Origin: Chthonomonas calidirosea
Lineage (GTDB): Bacteria; Armatimonadota; Chthonomonadetes; Chthonomonadales; Chthonomonadaceae
Length of the DNA stretch: 57,823 bases
Assembly (NCBI GenBank): GCA_945878775.1
Contig: CAMCUQ010000001.1
Coordinates: forward strand, 1 to 57,823
Direction: 5' to 3'
The notes under the pieces were generated by a model. It was given only the letters and a program-made list of their open reading frames with translations. It was not told the origin of the DNA and made no database searches. The position numbers and the translations under genes are program-made. Shown piece by piece: positions 46,211 to 55,550 of the stretch. Each line of letters starts with the position of its first letter. Position 1 is the first letter of the stretch.

Positions 46211-49200
46211 ATGGCTTTGAAGAGTAAAGGGTGTTCCCTATTTAGATGCTTGGGAGTGATGGTTATCGGGCTATTAGCACTAGCACCGCCGAGCCATGCT
46301 CAAAATAAAACAGACCTCCTCGCTCCCTCAGAAGAGAGACCCGTGCGGGGTATGAGTTGGCCCTCCCTCTCACCCGATGGAAAGACCCTCTGCTTCACCT
46401 CTCTGGGGGACCTCTGGAGGGTGGATGCAGGAGGGGGGGCTGCCACACGCCTCACCGTTCACGAGGCAGTGGACGCATTCGCGAGATGGTCTCCCGATGG
46501 CAAGTGGATCGCCTTCTCTAGCCTCCGGTATGGCAACATGGACATTTTCCTGATCCCCTCCACGGGTGGAAATGCCCGTCAGGTCACCTTCCACAGTGCC
46601 GCCGACTGGGTCAACGACTGGTCTCCCGATGGAACCAAGCTTCTCTTTTACTCTGTTCGAGATACCCATGCCTTCTCTCTTTACAGTATCGACCTCAAGA
46701 CCCACGCCGTCAAGCGTTTGACGAACGACGAGCAAGCGATTCGGTTTGGAAACTGGTCTCCCGACGGCAAAACCATTGCCTATTCCCGCTCCGGGCAACC
46801 GTGGTGGCGGGCATGGTATCGCGGGACTGTGGCGGCGCAAACCGTCCTCACCGATCTCACCACTGGCAAAGCGCACTCACTCATTAAAACGAACACACAG
46901 CAGTTTTGGCCCCTCTTTGCCGCAGATGGTAAGAGCATCTTTCAGACCATGATCTACGGCAACGTGAACACACCAAACATTTGGCGCGTTCCGATGGATG
47001 GCAAGAACCCAATCTCCGTGACTCACTACACCACCGATGCAGTACGTTTTCCTAGTATTGCCCGCAATGGCTCTCTCATCACCTATCTCTGGAACGGGGA
47101 CCTCTACACGGTAAAGCCCGATGGAACCAACGCACAAAAAGTCAATATACTGGCTCCCTCCGATGATAAAGTGAACAACCAAGAGAGCCAAACCCTCACC
47201 TCTGGAATCACAGAGTTAGAGCCTGCCCTCGACGGCAAAACCATTGGCTTCGGGTTGCGTGGCGAAATTTGGACGGTTCCCAGTGCCGGAGGGGATGCGA
47301 AACGCCTGACCGATGACCCCGCAAACGATAGCGATTTTAACTGGTCTCCCGATGGTAAAAGGTTGGTTTTCACCTCCGACAGGGGCAACCAGCCTGATGT
47401 CTATACTTTGGATATTGCCACAAAGCAGATCGTTCGCCTCACCAATGATGCCGTCTTGGAGAGTAGCCCCTCTTGGTCTCCCGATGGCAAGTGGATCACC
47501 TTTGCGAAGGCGGGAAGTGAACCTGGGCTCTATATTGTTGCTAGTAGCGGGGGGGTAGTGCGTCGGCTTATCTCTGGTAACGGAACCAACAACTACGGGG
47601 TAGGAATCACCTCTCATGCTTGGTCCCCAGACAGTCGATGGGTCGCTTTCTCGCGCATGGATCGATACTCTGGGAGAGATATTTTTGTGGTTCCTGCCGT
47701 GGGAGGACCCGAACTCAATGTGACTCGCTTCCCCTCTGGAATCAACGCTGATCCCGCGTTTACCAAAGATGGGCACAGGCTTCTCTTCCTTTCTGCTCGA
47801 AGCGGAACCCTCATCGCCTATCAGATTCCACTGGAAGGCGAGGAGGATGAGGACGAGAAGGATGAGAATGGCAAACCCAAACCCAAGCCAGATCACGGGA
47901 AAGACGTTCGCATCGACTTTGACGATATTCATCTCCGTGCGACACCTGCCATGCCTCCTATTGGCAATGTCTCAGACTATGTCATAACGCCAGATAGTCA
48001 GCGGATTATTGCTCAAATCAACGGCAGCTTTTGGTCGATCTCGATCAGACCCGGCTTTGTTCAGCAGTTGACACCCGGAATCGAATTCGGCTCCGGACTG
48101 CGGATATTGGCAGACGGCTCGAAGATATACTATCGGGGGCTAGGAGGGACGATTCGCTCCTTGGGAATCTTGGGAGGCGTTCCTGCTACCACCGCATTCA
48201 ATGCGCAGATTCTCTTTGATCGTCGTATCCTTTACCGGCAGGCATTCAACGAGTTTTATCGTCGCTTCGGAACATTTTTCTACGATGCAAAGATGCATGG
48301 GGTCGATTGGAAAAGCCTGCGAGATAAGTACGAGCCTTATATGGCGGGCGTGGGAACCTCCGAAGAGTTTGGAAATCTCCTCAGCATGATGGTGGGAGAG
48401 GTCAATTCCTCTCACTCTGAGGTATCACCCTCTAGCAATATGAGGGGACCCAAAACCGCCACACTGGGCATCACTTTTGATGATAACTATGCGGGACCCG
48501 GCTTGAAGGTGACAGCTGTGATGCCCAAGGGACCCACAGACAAGCTCAAGACGCGCATAAGTCCCGGAGAGTATATCCTGAGCGTTGACGGCAAAGAGGC
48601 GAACCTGACGGAAGACTTCTACACACTCCTGCAAGACAAGGCAGGGAAGAGCATGGAGGTGGCAGTAAATACGAAACCTGTGAAGGAGGGTTCTCGTATC
48701 CTCAAATTGAAGCCCATTTCTGGAGGAGAGTGGAGCCGTCTGGAGTACGAGGCGCGAGTGAAGCGCAATCGCCAACGAGTCGATAGGTTTTCGGAAGGAC
48801 GACTCGGCTATCTGCACATTCACGGAATGGATCAGCCCTCTCTCATGCGCTTTGTGCGTGAGATCAGCGAGCCTACAATGGTGGCAAAAGAGGGTTTGGT
48901 TCTGGATATTCGAGGCAATGGAGGCGGCAATACCCACGATGATATTCTGAATATCCTCTCTCGCAAAGTCTACGGGTTCACACAACCCCGCGACGGGCTA
49001 CGCCAAACGCAGCCAGAGTTTGCTTGGACGAAGCCTATCGTTCTGCTGATAGATGAAGAATCCTATAGTGATGCCGAGATATTCCCTGCGGGCTTCCGCT
49101 CTTTGGGGCTTGGCAAGATAGTGGGAGTGCCGACGCCGGGCTATGTCATTGGAACGATGGAAGGAACCCTTGTCGATGGAACCACCTTCCGTTTGCCCTC

Positions 49201-49492
49201 GTGGGGTTGGTACACCCTAGACGGCAAGAATATGGAGAACCTGGGCGTCCCGCCCGATATTCTTGTCGAGAATGAGCCTGAAGAGGTGGTCGCGGGCAAA
49301 GATCATCAGCTTGAGGTCGCTATTCAGACGATATTGAAGCAACTGCCTCTCAAATCGGCAGAGACTGATACGAACCAGAAAAAAGAGAGCGTCGGGGTTC
49401 CCGCTAGCGCAAACGAGAACGCGAACGGAGCCTCTTCTGCGGTTCCGCCGCCTACGCAACGTAATGGAAAGCGGGGTGCGCGAAACCCCTAA
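46211..49492 (+). CDS. Tricorn protease-like multidomain peptidase (beta-propellers + PDZ + S41 domain)
   Basis: 1093 aa with signal peptide. N-terminal SWPSLSPDGKTLCFTSLGDLWRV and many WSPDGK blades. C-terminal S41-type region LVLDIRGNGGGN...DEESYSDAEIF. Confidence 0.85.
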   Translation: MALKSKGCSLFRCLGVMVIGLLALAPPSHAQNKTDLLAPSEERPVRGMSWPSLSPDGKTLCFTSLGDLWRVDAGGGAATRLTVHEAVDAFARWSPDGKWIAFSSLRYGNMDIFLIPSTGGNARQVTFHSAADWVNDWSPDGTKLLFYSVRDTHAFSLYSIDLKTHAVKRLTNDEQAIRFGNWSPDGKTIAYSRSGQPWWRAWYRGTVAAQTVLTDLTTGKAHSLIKTNTQQFWPLFAADGKSIFQTMIYGNVNTPNIWRVPMDGKNPISVTHYTTDAVRFPSIARNGSLITYLWNGDLYTVKPDGTNAQKVNILAPSDDKVNNQESQTLTSGITELEPALDGKTIGFGLRGEIWTVPSAGGDAKRLTDDPANDSDFNWSPDGKRLVFTSDRGNQPDVYTLDIATKQIVRLTNDAVLESSPSWSPDGKWITFAKAGSEPGLYIVASSGGVVRRLISGNGTNNYGVGITSHAWSPDSRWVAFSRMDRYSGRDIFVVPAVGGPELNVTRFPSGINADPAFTKDGHRLLFLSARSGTLIAYQIPLEGEEDEDEKDENGKPKPKPDHGKDVRIDFDDIHLRATPAMPPIGNVSDYVITPDSQRIIAQINGSFWSISIRPGFVQQLTPGIEFGSGLRILADGSKIYYRGLGGTIRSLGILGGVPATTAFNAQILFDRRILYRQAFNEFYRRFGTFFYDAKMHGVDWKSLRDKYEPYMAGVGTSEEFGNLLSMMVGEVNSSHSEVSPSSNMRGPKTATLGITFDDNYAGPGLKVTAVMPKGPTDKLKTRISPGEYILSVDGKEANLTEDFYTLLQDKAGKSMEVAVNTKPVKEGSRILKLKPISGGEWSRLEYEARVKRNRQRVDRFSEGRLGYLHIHGMDQPSLMRFVREISEPTMVAKEGLVLDIRGNGGGNTHDDILNILSRKVYGFTQPRDGLRQTQPEFAWTKPIVLLIDEESYSDAEIFPAGFRSLGLGKIVGVPTPGYVIGTMEGTLVDGTTFRLPSWGWYTLDGKNMENLGVPPDILVENEPEEVVAGKDHQLEVAIQTILKQLPLKSAETDTNQKKESVGVPASANENANGASSAVPPPTQRNGKRGARNP

Positions 49493-49514
49493 CGACTCAG
49501 GAGGTCTATAGAAG

Positions 49515-49886
49515 ATGCGAATACGCGGATTATGCTTGCTACTACCCCTCTGTTTTCTCTTGTGGGGTTGTAATGATAAGGACAAGAAGGGGTTGACGGA
49601 AGATGCCCAGAAGCTAGCGGTCACCGCAGGAACTGCCCTAAAGAACGCTGAGCTTGCCGGAAAAGTGAACGGGGTGCTGACGGTTTGGAAGGGCGTGGAT
49701 ATGAGCGGCTTTCAGGTTCAGACCGAAGGCTCGACCGTGAACTTAGAGGGAACGGTACGAGATGAAGCCGAACGAAAGCGTATTCTACGCGCCGTGAACC
49801 AGATTCGAGGGGTGGAAAAGGTTATCGATAAGCTAAAGATAAAAGAGGGAGCCTCTAGCTCAGAGGAAAAATCCTCTACGCGCTGA
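49515..49886 (+). CDS. BON-domain lipoprotein
   Basis: Lipobox LLWGC. VNLEGTVRDEAERKRILRAVNQIRGVEKVIDKL is BON-like. Confidence 0.7.
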   Translation: MRIRGLCLLLPLCFLLWGCNDKDKKGLTEDAQKLAVTAGTALKNAELAGKVNGVLTVWKGVDMSGFQVQTEGSTVNLEGTVRDEAERKRILRAVNQIRGVEKVIDKLKIKEGASSSEEKSSTR

Positions 49887-51993
49887 GGCTCATCTCTATC
49901 TCTACATTCCCAATGGCTTCGACTTCCAGTTTTGGCACAATCTCGGTGTAGGCGATGATGGGGAGCGTGGGCAGGGAACGCTCCACCAATCGCTTGAGGG
50001 GCAATCGAATCTGCCCCGAACAGAGCAAGGCAGGATTGTAGCCCTGTGTGCTTGCTTGCTCTAGTTGTGTATTCAAACCCCGTAAAAGTGCCTGTGCCAA
50101 AGGAGGATCGATGGCGAGCATATTGCCATTCGGGGTGGGGTGTACCGCCTCTCGCAACTGCTGCTCTATCGAAGGTGCGAGCGTGATGACGCGCATCACT
50201 CCATCTTCGTCTTGATACTGTTTGCAGATTTGGCGTGCAAGCGCCGCGCGTGCAAACTCCGAGAGCTGATCGAGGTCTTTGGTACGAGGCGCATAGTCGG
50301 CGAGCGTCTCCAGAATAGTGGTGAGATCGCGAATGCCCACGCGCTCATGCAACAGGTTCTGCAATATCTTCTGCACCTCTCCCAGTGAGAGTTGTGCGGG
50401 TATCAACTCACCAACAACGGCATCATTCGTCTGCTTGACGTTCTCGATTAGTTTCTGAGTCTCTTGGCGGGTGAGCAATTCTGAGGCATGAGACTTGATC
50501 ACCTCTGTGAGATGCGTTACCAAGACCGTGCCAGGGTCTACCGTAATGTAGCCGACCCGCTCTGCACGCTCTTTCATGGCACGATCCACCCAGACGGCAG
50601 GGGTTCCGTGTGCTGGTTCAATGGTCTCAATGCCGTCTAGCTTGGTATATGCCAATCCCGAATCGAGTGCTAGCACGCTATTCATCATTAGGCTATGCCC
50701 TGCGACGACAGCACCTTTTATCTTAATTTGGTAGTTATTGGCGCGTAGTTGCAGATTGTCCCGAATCCGTACCGTCGGCAGAATGACTCCCATCTCCAAC
50801 GCAATCGCTTTGCGCACATTCCCCACTCTATCCGCCAAGTCGCCTCCTTCTTCCGGCAGTGCCAATGGAACGAGGTTGCTTCCAAGTTCTAGCTCTATTC
50901 GTTCAATACTGAGTAGGGACATGACGTTTTCGGGAGTGGCTTCTGGAGGCGCAGTACGCTGTTGTTCTTCTTGTTGGGCAACTTTGGTGGCGTCTGCTTT
51001 CTCCTGCTTCTCTTTTTGGTTGAGAAGATAGGCTCCTCCTGCCAACAGAAACGCGACACCGAGCAGTTGGATTTTTGGAAAGCCAGGCAGAAGGGCGATA
51101 ACGGTAAGCATTCCCGCCACAACGTTGAGCGGACGCGGATTGAAGAATATCTGGGAAATGAACTCTTGACCGAGTGGCTTGACCGAGGCTCCACGTGTGA
51201 CGATGATACCTGTCGAGGTGGAGATAAGAAGGGCAGGAATCTGACTGACAAGCCCTTCACCAATCGTTAAGAGCGTGTATTTTTGGAGAGCAAGGCTGAG
51301 GTCTTCTCCCCGCGCCACACCGAGCGCGAACCCACCGAGGATGTTGATGATGGTGATAAGAATGGCGGCAATGGTGTCTCCACGCACAAACTTTCCCGCA
51401 CCATCCATAGAGCCGTAGAAATCGGCTTGACGTTCGATATTTCTGCGCCGATCCCGCGCTTGCTCTTCATTAATAAGCCCCGCGTTAAGATCGGCATCAA
51501 TCGCCATCTGCTTACCGGGCATAGCATCCAATGTGAACCTTGCGGCGACCTCTGCGACCCGCTCCGCACCTTTTGTAATGACGATGAACTGCACCACAAT
51601 GAGGATGAGGAAGGCTATGATCCCGACAATATAGGAGCCACCAATAACGAATTGCCCAAAGGCTTCGATTATTGCTCCTGCATGTCCTTGCCCCAAGATC
51701 AGCTTGGTTGCCGCCACATTTAGGGAGAGCCTATAAAGCGTCATGATCAAGAGCAATGAGGGAAAGATGCTCAGTTGAAGCGGTTCGGTGTTGTAGATGG
51801 AGACCAGTAGAATGGTGGTGGAACTGGCGATATTGACCACCAACAGGGTATCGAGGAGCCAGCTTGGCAGAGGCACGATCAGCATGGCGATGATGGTGAT
51901 GAGCAGTATTGCTAACACCATATCGCTCATACGAGCGATGCGAGCCTTTGAAATCCCCGGCAGGGGAAGAGAAGCGTTCGACGCAACCGCCAT
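49876..51993 (-). CDS. flhA: Flagellar/type III export gate protein FlhA (SctV family)
   Basis: 705 aa. FHIPEP-type N-terminal membrane domain (RFTLDAMPGKQMAIDADL, FYGSMDGAGKFVRGD) plus the C-terminal cytoplasmic domain. Confidence 0.9.
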   Translation of the reverse strand: MAVASNASLPLPGISKARIARMSDMVLAILLITIIAMLIVPLPSWLLDTLLVVNIASSTTILLVSIYNTEPLQLSIFPSLLLIMTLYRLSLNVAATKLILGQGHAGAIIEAFGQFVIGGSYIVGIIAFLILIVVQFIVITKGAERVAEVAARFTLDAMPGKQMAIDADLNAGLINEEQARDRRRNIERQADFYGSMDGAGKFVRGDTIAAILITIINILGGFALGVARGEDLSLALQKYTLLTIGEGLVSQIPALLISTSTGIIVTRGASVKPLGQEFISQIFFNPRPLNVVAGMLTVIALLPGFPKIQLLGVAFLLAGGAYLLNQKEKQEKADATKVAQQEEQQRTAPPEATPENVMSLLSIERIELELGSNLVPLALPEEGGDLADRVGNVRKAIALEMGVILPTVRIRDNLQLRANNYQIKIKGAVVAGHSLMMNSVLALDSGLAYTKLDGIETIEPAHGTPAVWVDRAMKERAERVGYITVDPGTVLVTHLTEVIKSHASELLTRQETQKLIENVKQTNDAVVGELIPAQLSLGEVQKILQNLLHERVGIRDLTTILETLADYAPRTKDLDQLSEFARAALARQICKQYQDEDGVMRVITLAPSIEQQLREAVHPTPNGNMLAIDPPLAQALLRGLNTQLEQASTQGYNPALLCSGQIRLPLKRLVERSLPTLPIIAYTEIVPKLEVEAIGNVEIEMSLSA

Positions 51994-52094
51994 GAAATTA
52001 AGACTCCTTGGAGAATATCCTATTCTTTTTGATCGGTATTTCTGCGCGAGAATCTCAGTGGTTTTCTTGATTTGAGGGAGGCGAGTACCAAAAA

Positions 52095-52544
52095 TTGAGT
52101 ATCAGCGTCGTTCCGTTTCGGGAAGAGTGGCAGGAAGAGGTGCAATCGCTTCTATGGGCATACCTTGAGGAGCGTTGGGGAACTCTGGATCGCACCCTGA
52201 ACCCCGATATTCTTGCGATCAAAGAGACATTTCGCGAGGGCGTTTTTGTGGTGGCACTGGAAGAGGGCAAAGTTATAGGAACTGGAGGCTTTCTGCCGGA
52301 GACGCCAGAGAGTGCCAGGATAGTCCGTATGACCGTTGTAAAAGGGCGACGAGGTGCAGGGATCGGAACCGCTGTCATGGATTGTTTGGTGAAAGAGGCT
52401 GTAAGGCAAGGTTACAAGAGGCTTGTCCTAGAGACTACCGAGACTTGGGAATCGGCAATAGGCTTCTATCTCCGCTACGGATTCCAACTCTTGGGCTACT
52501 GGGGTGGCGATGCCCATTTTGCGCTTGAACTTTGTCCCGCTTGA
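52095..52544 (+). CDS. GNAT family N-acetyltransferase
   Basis: RRGAGIGTAVMDCLVKEAVRQGYKRLVLET (Q/RxxGxG/A acetyl-CoA motif). TTG start. Confidence 0.8.
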   Translation: MSISVVPFREEWQEEVQSLLWAYLEERWGTLDRTLNPDILAIKETFREGVFVVALEEGKVIGTGGFLPETPESARIVRMTVVKGRRGAGIGTAVMDCLVKEAVRQGYKRLVLETTETWESAIGFYLRYGFQLLGYWGGDAHFALELCPA

Positions 52545-52589
52545 GGACGCAAGGGGGCGTAGTTCTCCTGATCGGGAGGAGAGATAGCC

Positions 52590-53159
52590 TCAAACAGGCA
52601 AGCGTCGCAAAGATCGGTTGACCTTCTCCAGATCGAACAGTTCTGGATCAAATTTTCTGCCAATCCATGATTTCATCTCTTTGTAGTCGGGATGAGCGGG
52701 ATTCGCAAGTACCTTCAGCAAGTCCGAATAGCCCCACACTCCACCGCAATCCTCCGGCGGGCAGGCGCGTTTTCCATCGAGGCACAATGGATAGGTGGTG
52801 TTTGGAACAGCCGAAAGTATCTTTTCCAGAGTGATCACGTGTTGCCAGCCATCACCAAAGTCATACTCGTATTCAAACTGTGCCTTCGGTTCCGTAAGCA
52901 ATTGGGAAAGAAGCACAGAACGCTCGTCTTCCATCTCCATCTCCTCCAGATAGCCTTCCTCAAAGGGTATGGTAAAAGCACGTTTTCCAAAAGAAAAGGA
53001 GTGTAGATGTGAGTTCGTCCAGCCCATTGCTACCTGAACGACCATATGTAGGTTATCCAGTCGCATATCGGCGGGAACCTGAACGCGCCGTACAATTTGT
53101 GGGCGCACTCCGAGCAATACAATTTTGAGTTGGTAGACAGTTGTGATTTGTCTTCGCAT
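52590..53159 (-). CDS. pRiA4b ORF-3-like family protein
   Basis: YQLKIVLLGVRPQIVRRVQVPADMRLDNLHMVVQVAMGWTNSHLHSF matches the remembered family N-terminal signature. Confidence 0.7.
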   Translation of the reverse strand: MRRQITTVYQLKIVLLGVRPQIVRRVQVPADMRLDNLHMVVQVAMGWTNSHLHSFSFGKRAFTIPFEEGYLEEMEMEDERSVLLSQLLTEPKAQFEYEYDFGDGWQHVITLEKILSAVPNTTYPLCLDGKRACPPEDCGGVWGYSDLLKVLANPAHPDYKEMKSWIGRKFDPELFDLEKVNRSLRRLPV

Positions 53160-53241
53160 AACTTTCTCCTATGTCTTGGCGAGAGACACAATCATGGGAA
53201 GCTATTTGGTGTGGGCAATACAAGTAGAGATAGCAGAGACC

Positions 53242-53514
53242 TCAAAGGCGAGGCGCGATGGCTTGGAACGCTTCCTGGGAGGTTTGGACGGGGATCACCT
53301 CAAACTCAACAAGGTCTTGCCATTTTTGTATCCAAACCTCAAAAAGAGTTGGGTCCTCCGTTTGCATGAGTTGAAAACACCGCTCGAAATCGAGATCAAC
53401 CCAACTGGAGACATACTCCAAACCTTCGGGAATGTGTCGTCCCTCGGTTTTGGCACGGCGGTAGATGTCCACTGCCGCACCCGGCTTAAACCGTTCAATC
53501 ACCATATAGAGCAT
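53242..53514 (-). CDS. DUF3303 family protein
   Basis: MLYMVIERFKPGAAVDIYRRAKTEGRHIPEGLEYVSSWVDLDFERCFQLMQTEDPTLFEVWIQKWQDLVEFEVIPV. The ORF is open to 53538. Confidence 0.65.
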   Translation of the reverse strand: MLYMVIERFKPGAAVDIYRRAKTEGRHIPEGLEYVSSWVDLDFERCFQLMQTEDPTLFEVWIQKWQDLVEFEVIPVQTSQEAFQAIAPRL

Positions 53515-53575
53515 CGTTTTTCCCCTTTTAGAAAGCAAAGGCTCCTATTTGACAGAGGAGCCTTTGCACGATGGG

Positions 53576-54577
53576 TTAGGGTGTTTCGGCTGAAGCTTTC
53601 ACTACCGCGAACTTGTGGAGTCGTCCAAACTGAGTCCACTCGGAGACGATTACGTTACCCGATTTGTCAAACGTAACTCCATGTGGGGAGTTGCAGATGC
53701 CGTCCGTCCATTGCTTCGGTTCTAGTCCGTAGTTGGCACGCTGTGATGTGTTGGGGTTATCCCCAAGTTCGGCTACAATGCTATTATCCTTGCCAAGTAT
53801 CGTGACACGCCCCTGCAATTCGGCGACTGCGATGTAGTCGCCCGCAACATGTGCCGCCGCAGGCATACGTAAGTTGCGCTGTAGCACCTTCACAAAATTG
53901 CCCTCTGTATCCCAATGTTCGACACGCCCGCTCTCGCGGTTGCAAACAACAAGCAACGGCTTTCGTCCACGTAAATCGACCGCCAAGCCGTGACAGCGGT
54001 TAAACTTGCCCTCTTCTGCGGGTGATGCACCGGGACCACCAAAAGACTTGATGTACTTGCGGTCACGATCATATTTGTGAATATAGTTCTTCCCATATCC
54101 ATCTGCGACAAAGATCGTGCCATTGGGCAGTGCAACTATGTTTGTTGGATTGAACTCTTCAGCTTTGGTATAGATACCGGATGCTTCGGGGTATCCCATC
54201 GTCCACACTGTCGTACCATCGGTCTTTATCTTGACGACCTCATGGAAATTGGGGCGGGCGGCATAAAGATATTCGCCATCGCGCTCACGCTGTAGGTGTA
54301 GACCATGAATTTGGGTGGGTCCAAAACAGCGTTTGTATTTGCCGTTCTGCCCAAAAACAAGAATTCCACGCGGTGAATCGGTGCTGATGTAGACATTACC
54401 AGCGCGGTCTATCGCGGCTCCGCCATGTGCAGGACCAATAGGTTGGTTGTCGGCTTGCGCGGGAAAGTAATTGGGGACGCAAGAGAAGGTTGCTTCTCGT
54501 TGCGGTAATCCCAAAAGGGACACCACCACGCAAACAACAACCAGAGACAAGAAGGGGGTTCGACTAGAGTAGTTCAT
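53576..54577 (-). CDS. NHL-repeat six-bladed beta-propeller protein (peptidyl-alpha-hydroxyglycine lyase-like), secreted
   Basis: Signal/TM N-terminus and repeated ...G.IYVAD/...G.IFVADGYGN... blades. Confidence 0.6.
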   Translation of the reverse strand: MNYSSRTPFLSLVVVCVVVSLLGLPQREATFSCVPNYFPAQADNQPIGPAHGGAAIDRAGNVYISTDSPRGILVFGQNGKYKRCFGPTQIHGLHLQRERDGEYLYAARPNFHEVVKIKTDGTTVWTMGYPEASGIYTKAEEFNPTNIVALPNGTIFVADGYGKNYIHKYDRDRKYIKSFGGPGASPAEEGKFNRCHGLAVDLRGRKPLLVVCNRESGRVEHWDTEGNFVKVLQRNLRMPAAAHVAGDYIAVAELQGRVTILGKDNSIVAELGDNPNTSQRANYGLEPKQWTDGICNSPHGVTFDKSGNVIVSEWTQFGRLHKFAVVKASAETP

Positions 54578-54770
54578 AAGCTCACCTCGATAAGAGTTTT
54601 CTGGATGCCCTCACGATTTAGACTGAAGTCTAATCGAAGGCAAGACTGTTTTGTAGTTTTTTATAGTACCCCATAAATGAGATGAGTCGTAAATCTGTTG
54701 GCGAATTCTTCAGACCGCCAACATCTCCACCTCCGCGCTATTTTGCCCAAAAATGGATAATGGAAACATC

Positions 54771-55544
54771 CTATCGCGCCTGTTGTTCCAACAGCGTAAT
54801 CACGTCGTCAAGTCCTCTAAGGATGCTAAGGCTGAGAGCGGTATTCCCATCGGAGTCCACGACTCCAGTCTTTGCACTATAGGTTAGCAACAAGCGTACA
54901 ACCTCCGCATGTCCTGCCTCATGCTGGTCATCTTCCAAGAGATGGATCAGTGTTGTTTTGCCCTGACGATCCACTGCATTTACGTCTGCCCCATGGCTCA
55001 GAAGAAGGCTGAGGGTTTCAGCTGCCTCGGTGTCTTCGTGCCAAGACCAGGCAGCGACCATCAGAGGCGTTCTCCCGTCATTATGCCTTACGTTCACATC
55101 TGCGCCATGCGTCAGTAGCAAACGCACATTCTGAGGCTTATGCCACGTCGCCGCTCCGTATAAGGCAGTCGTCCCCCAATTGCTCTTTACGTTTACATCT
55201 GCGCCATAACTCAGAATCAGACGCACGATCTGCGGATTGTCCCGCTCAGCAGCATGGATTAATGCCGTACATCCCTCTTTGTCACGGGCATCTATGGCGA
55301 CCCCCTGGCTTATAAGCCAGTCAAGCGTCTCGACATTCCTGCACAGCATGAGTGCTGTTTGTCCACGTTTGTTGGTGGTATGAAGGCTCGCTCCACGGTC
55401 AATCCACTTTTGTATGCCCCTGCGTTCGCCCATCGTCACGGCGGCAAGTAGCCCAGTGTCAATACCCTGCACTTCTTGCCTCCCTCTATTCTGTCTTAGT
55501 CCTCCCCCATCTCCAAAGACATTCGGAGATATTCTCCTAGACAT
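54771..55544 (-). CDS. Ankyrin repeat protein
   Basis: At least five GxTALxxAAxxGHxxxVxLLLxxGADVN repeats are visible. Confidence 0.85.
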   Translation of the reverse strand: MSRRISPNVFGDGGGLRQNRGRQEVQGIDTGLLAAVTMGERRGIQKWIDRGASLHTTNKRGQTALMLCRNVETLDWLISQGVAIDARDKEGCTALIHAAERDNPQIVRLILSYGADVNVKSNWGTTALYGAATWHKPQNVRLLLTHGADVNVRHNDGRTPLMVAAWSWHEDTEAAETLSLLLSHGADVNAVDRQGKTTLIHLLEDDQHEAGHAEVVRLLLTYSAKTGVVDSDGNTALSLSILRGLDDVITLLEQQAR

Positions 55545-55550
55545 CGTGCC

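Noticed and set aside
53143-53676. 177-aa plus-strand ORF
   Set aside because: It overlaps the well-recognisable DUF3303 gene on the opposite strand and the ends of two other genes. It has no motif of its own.
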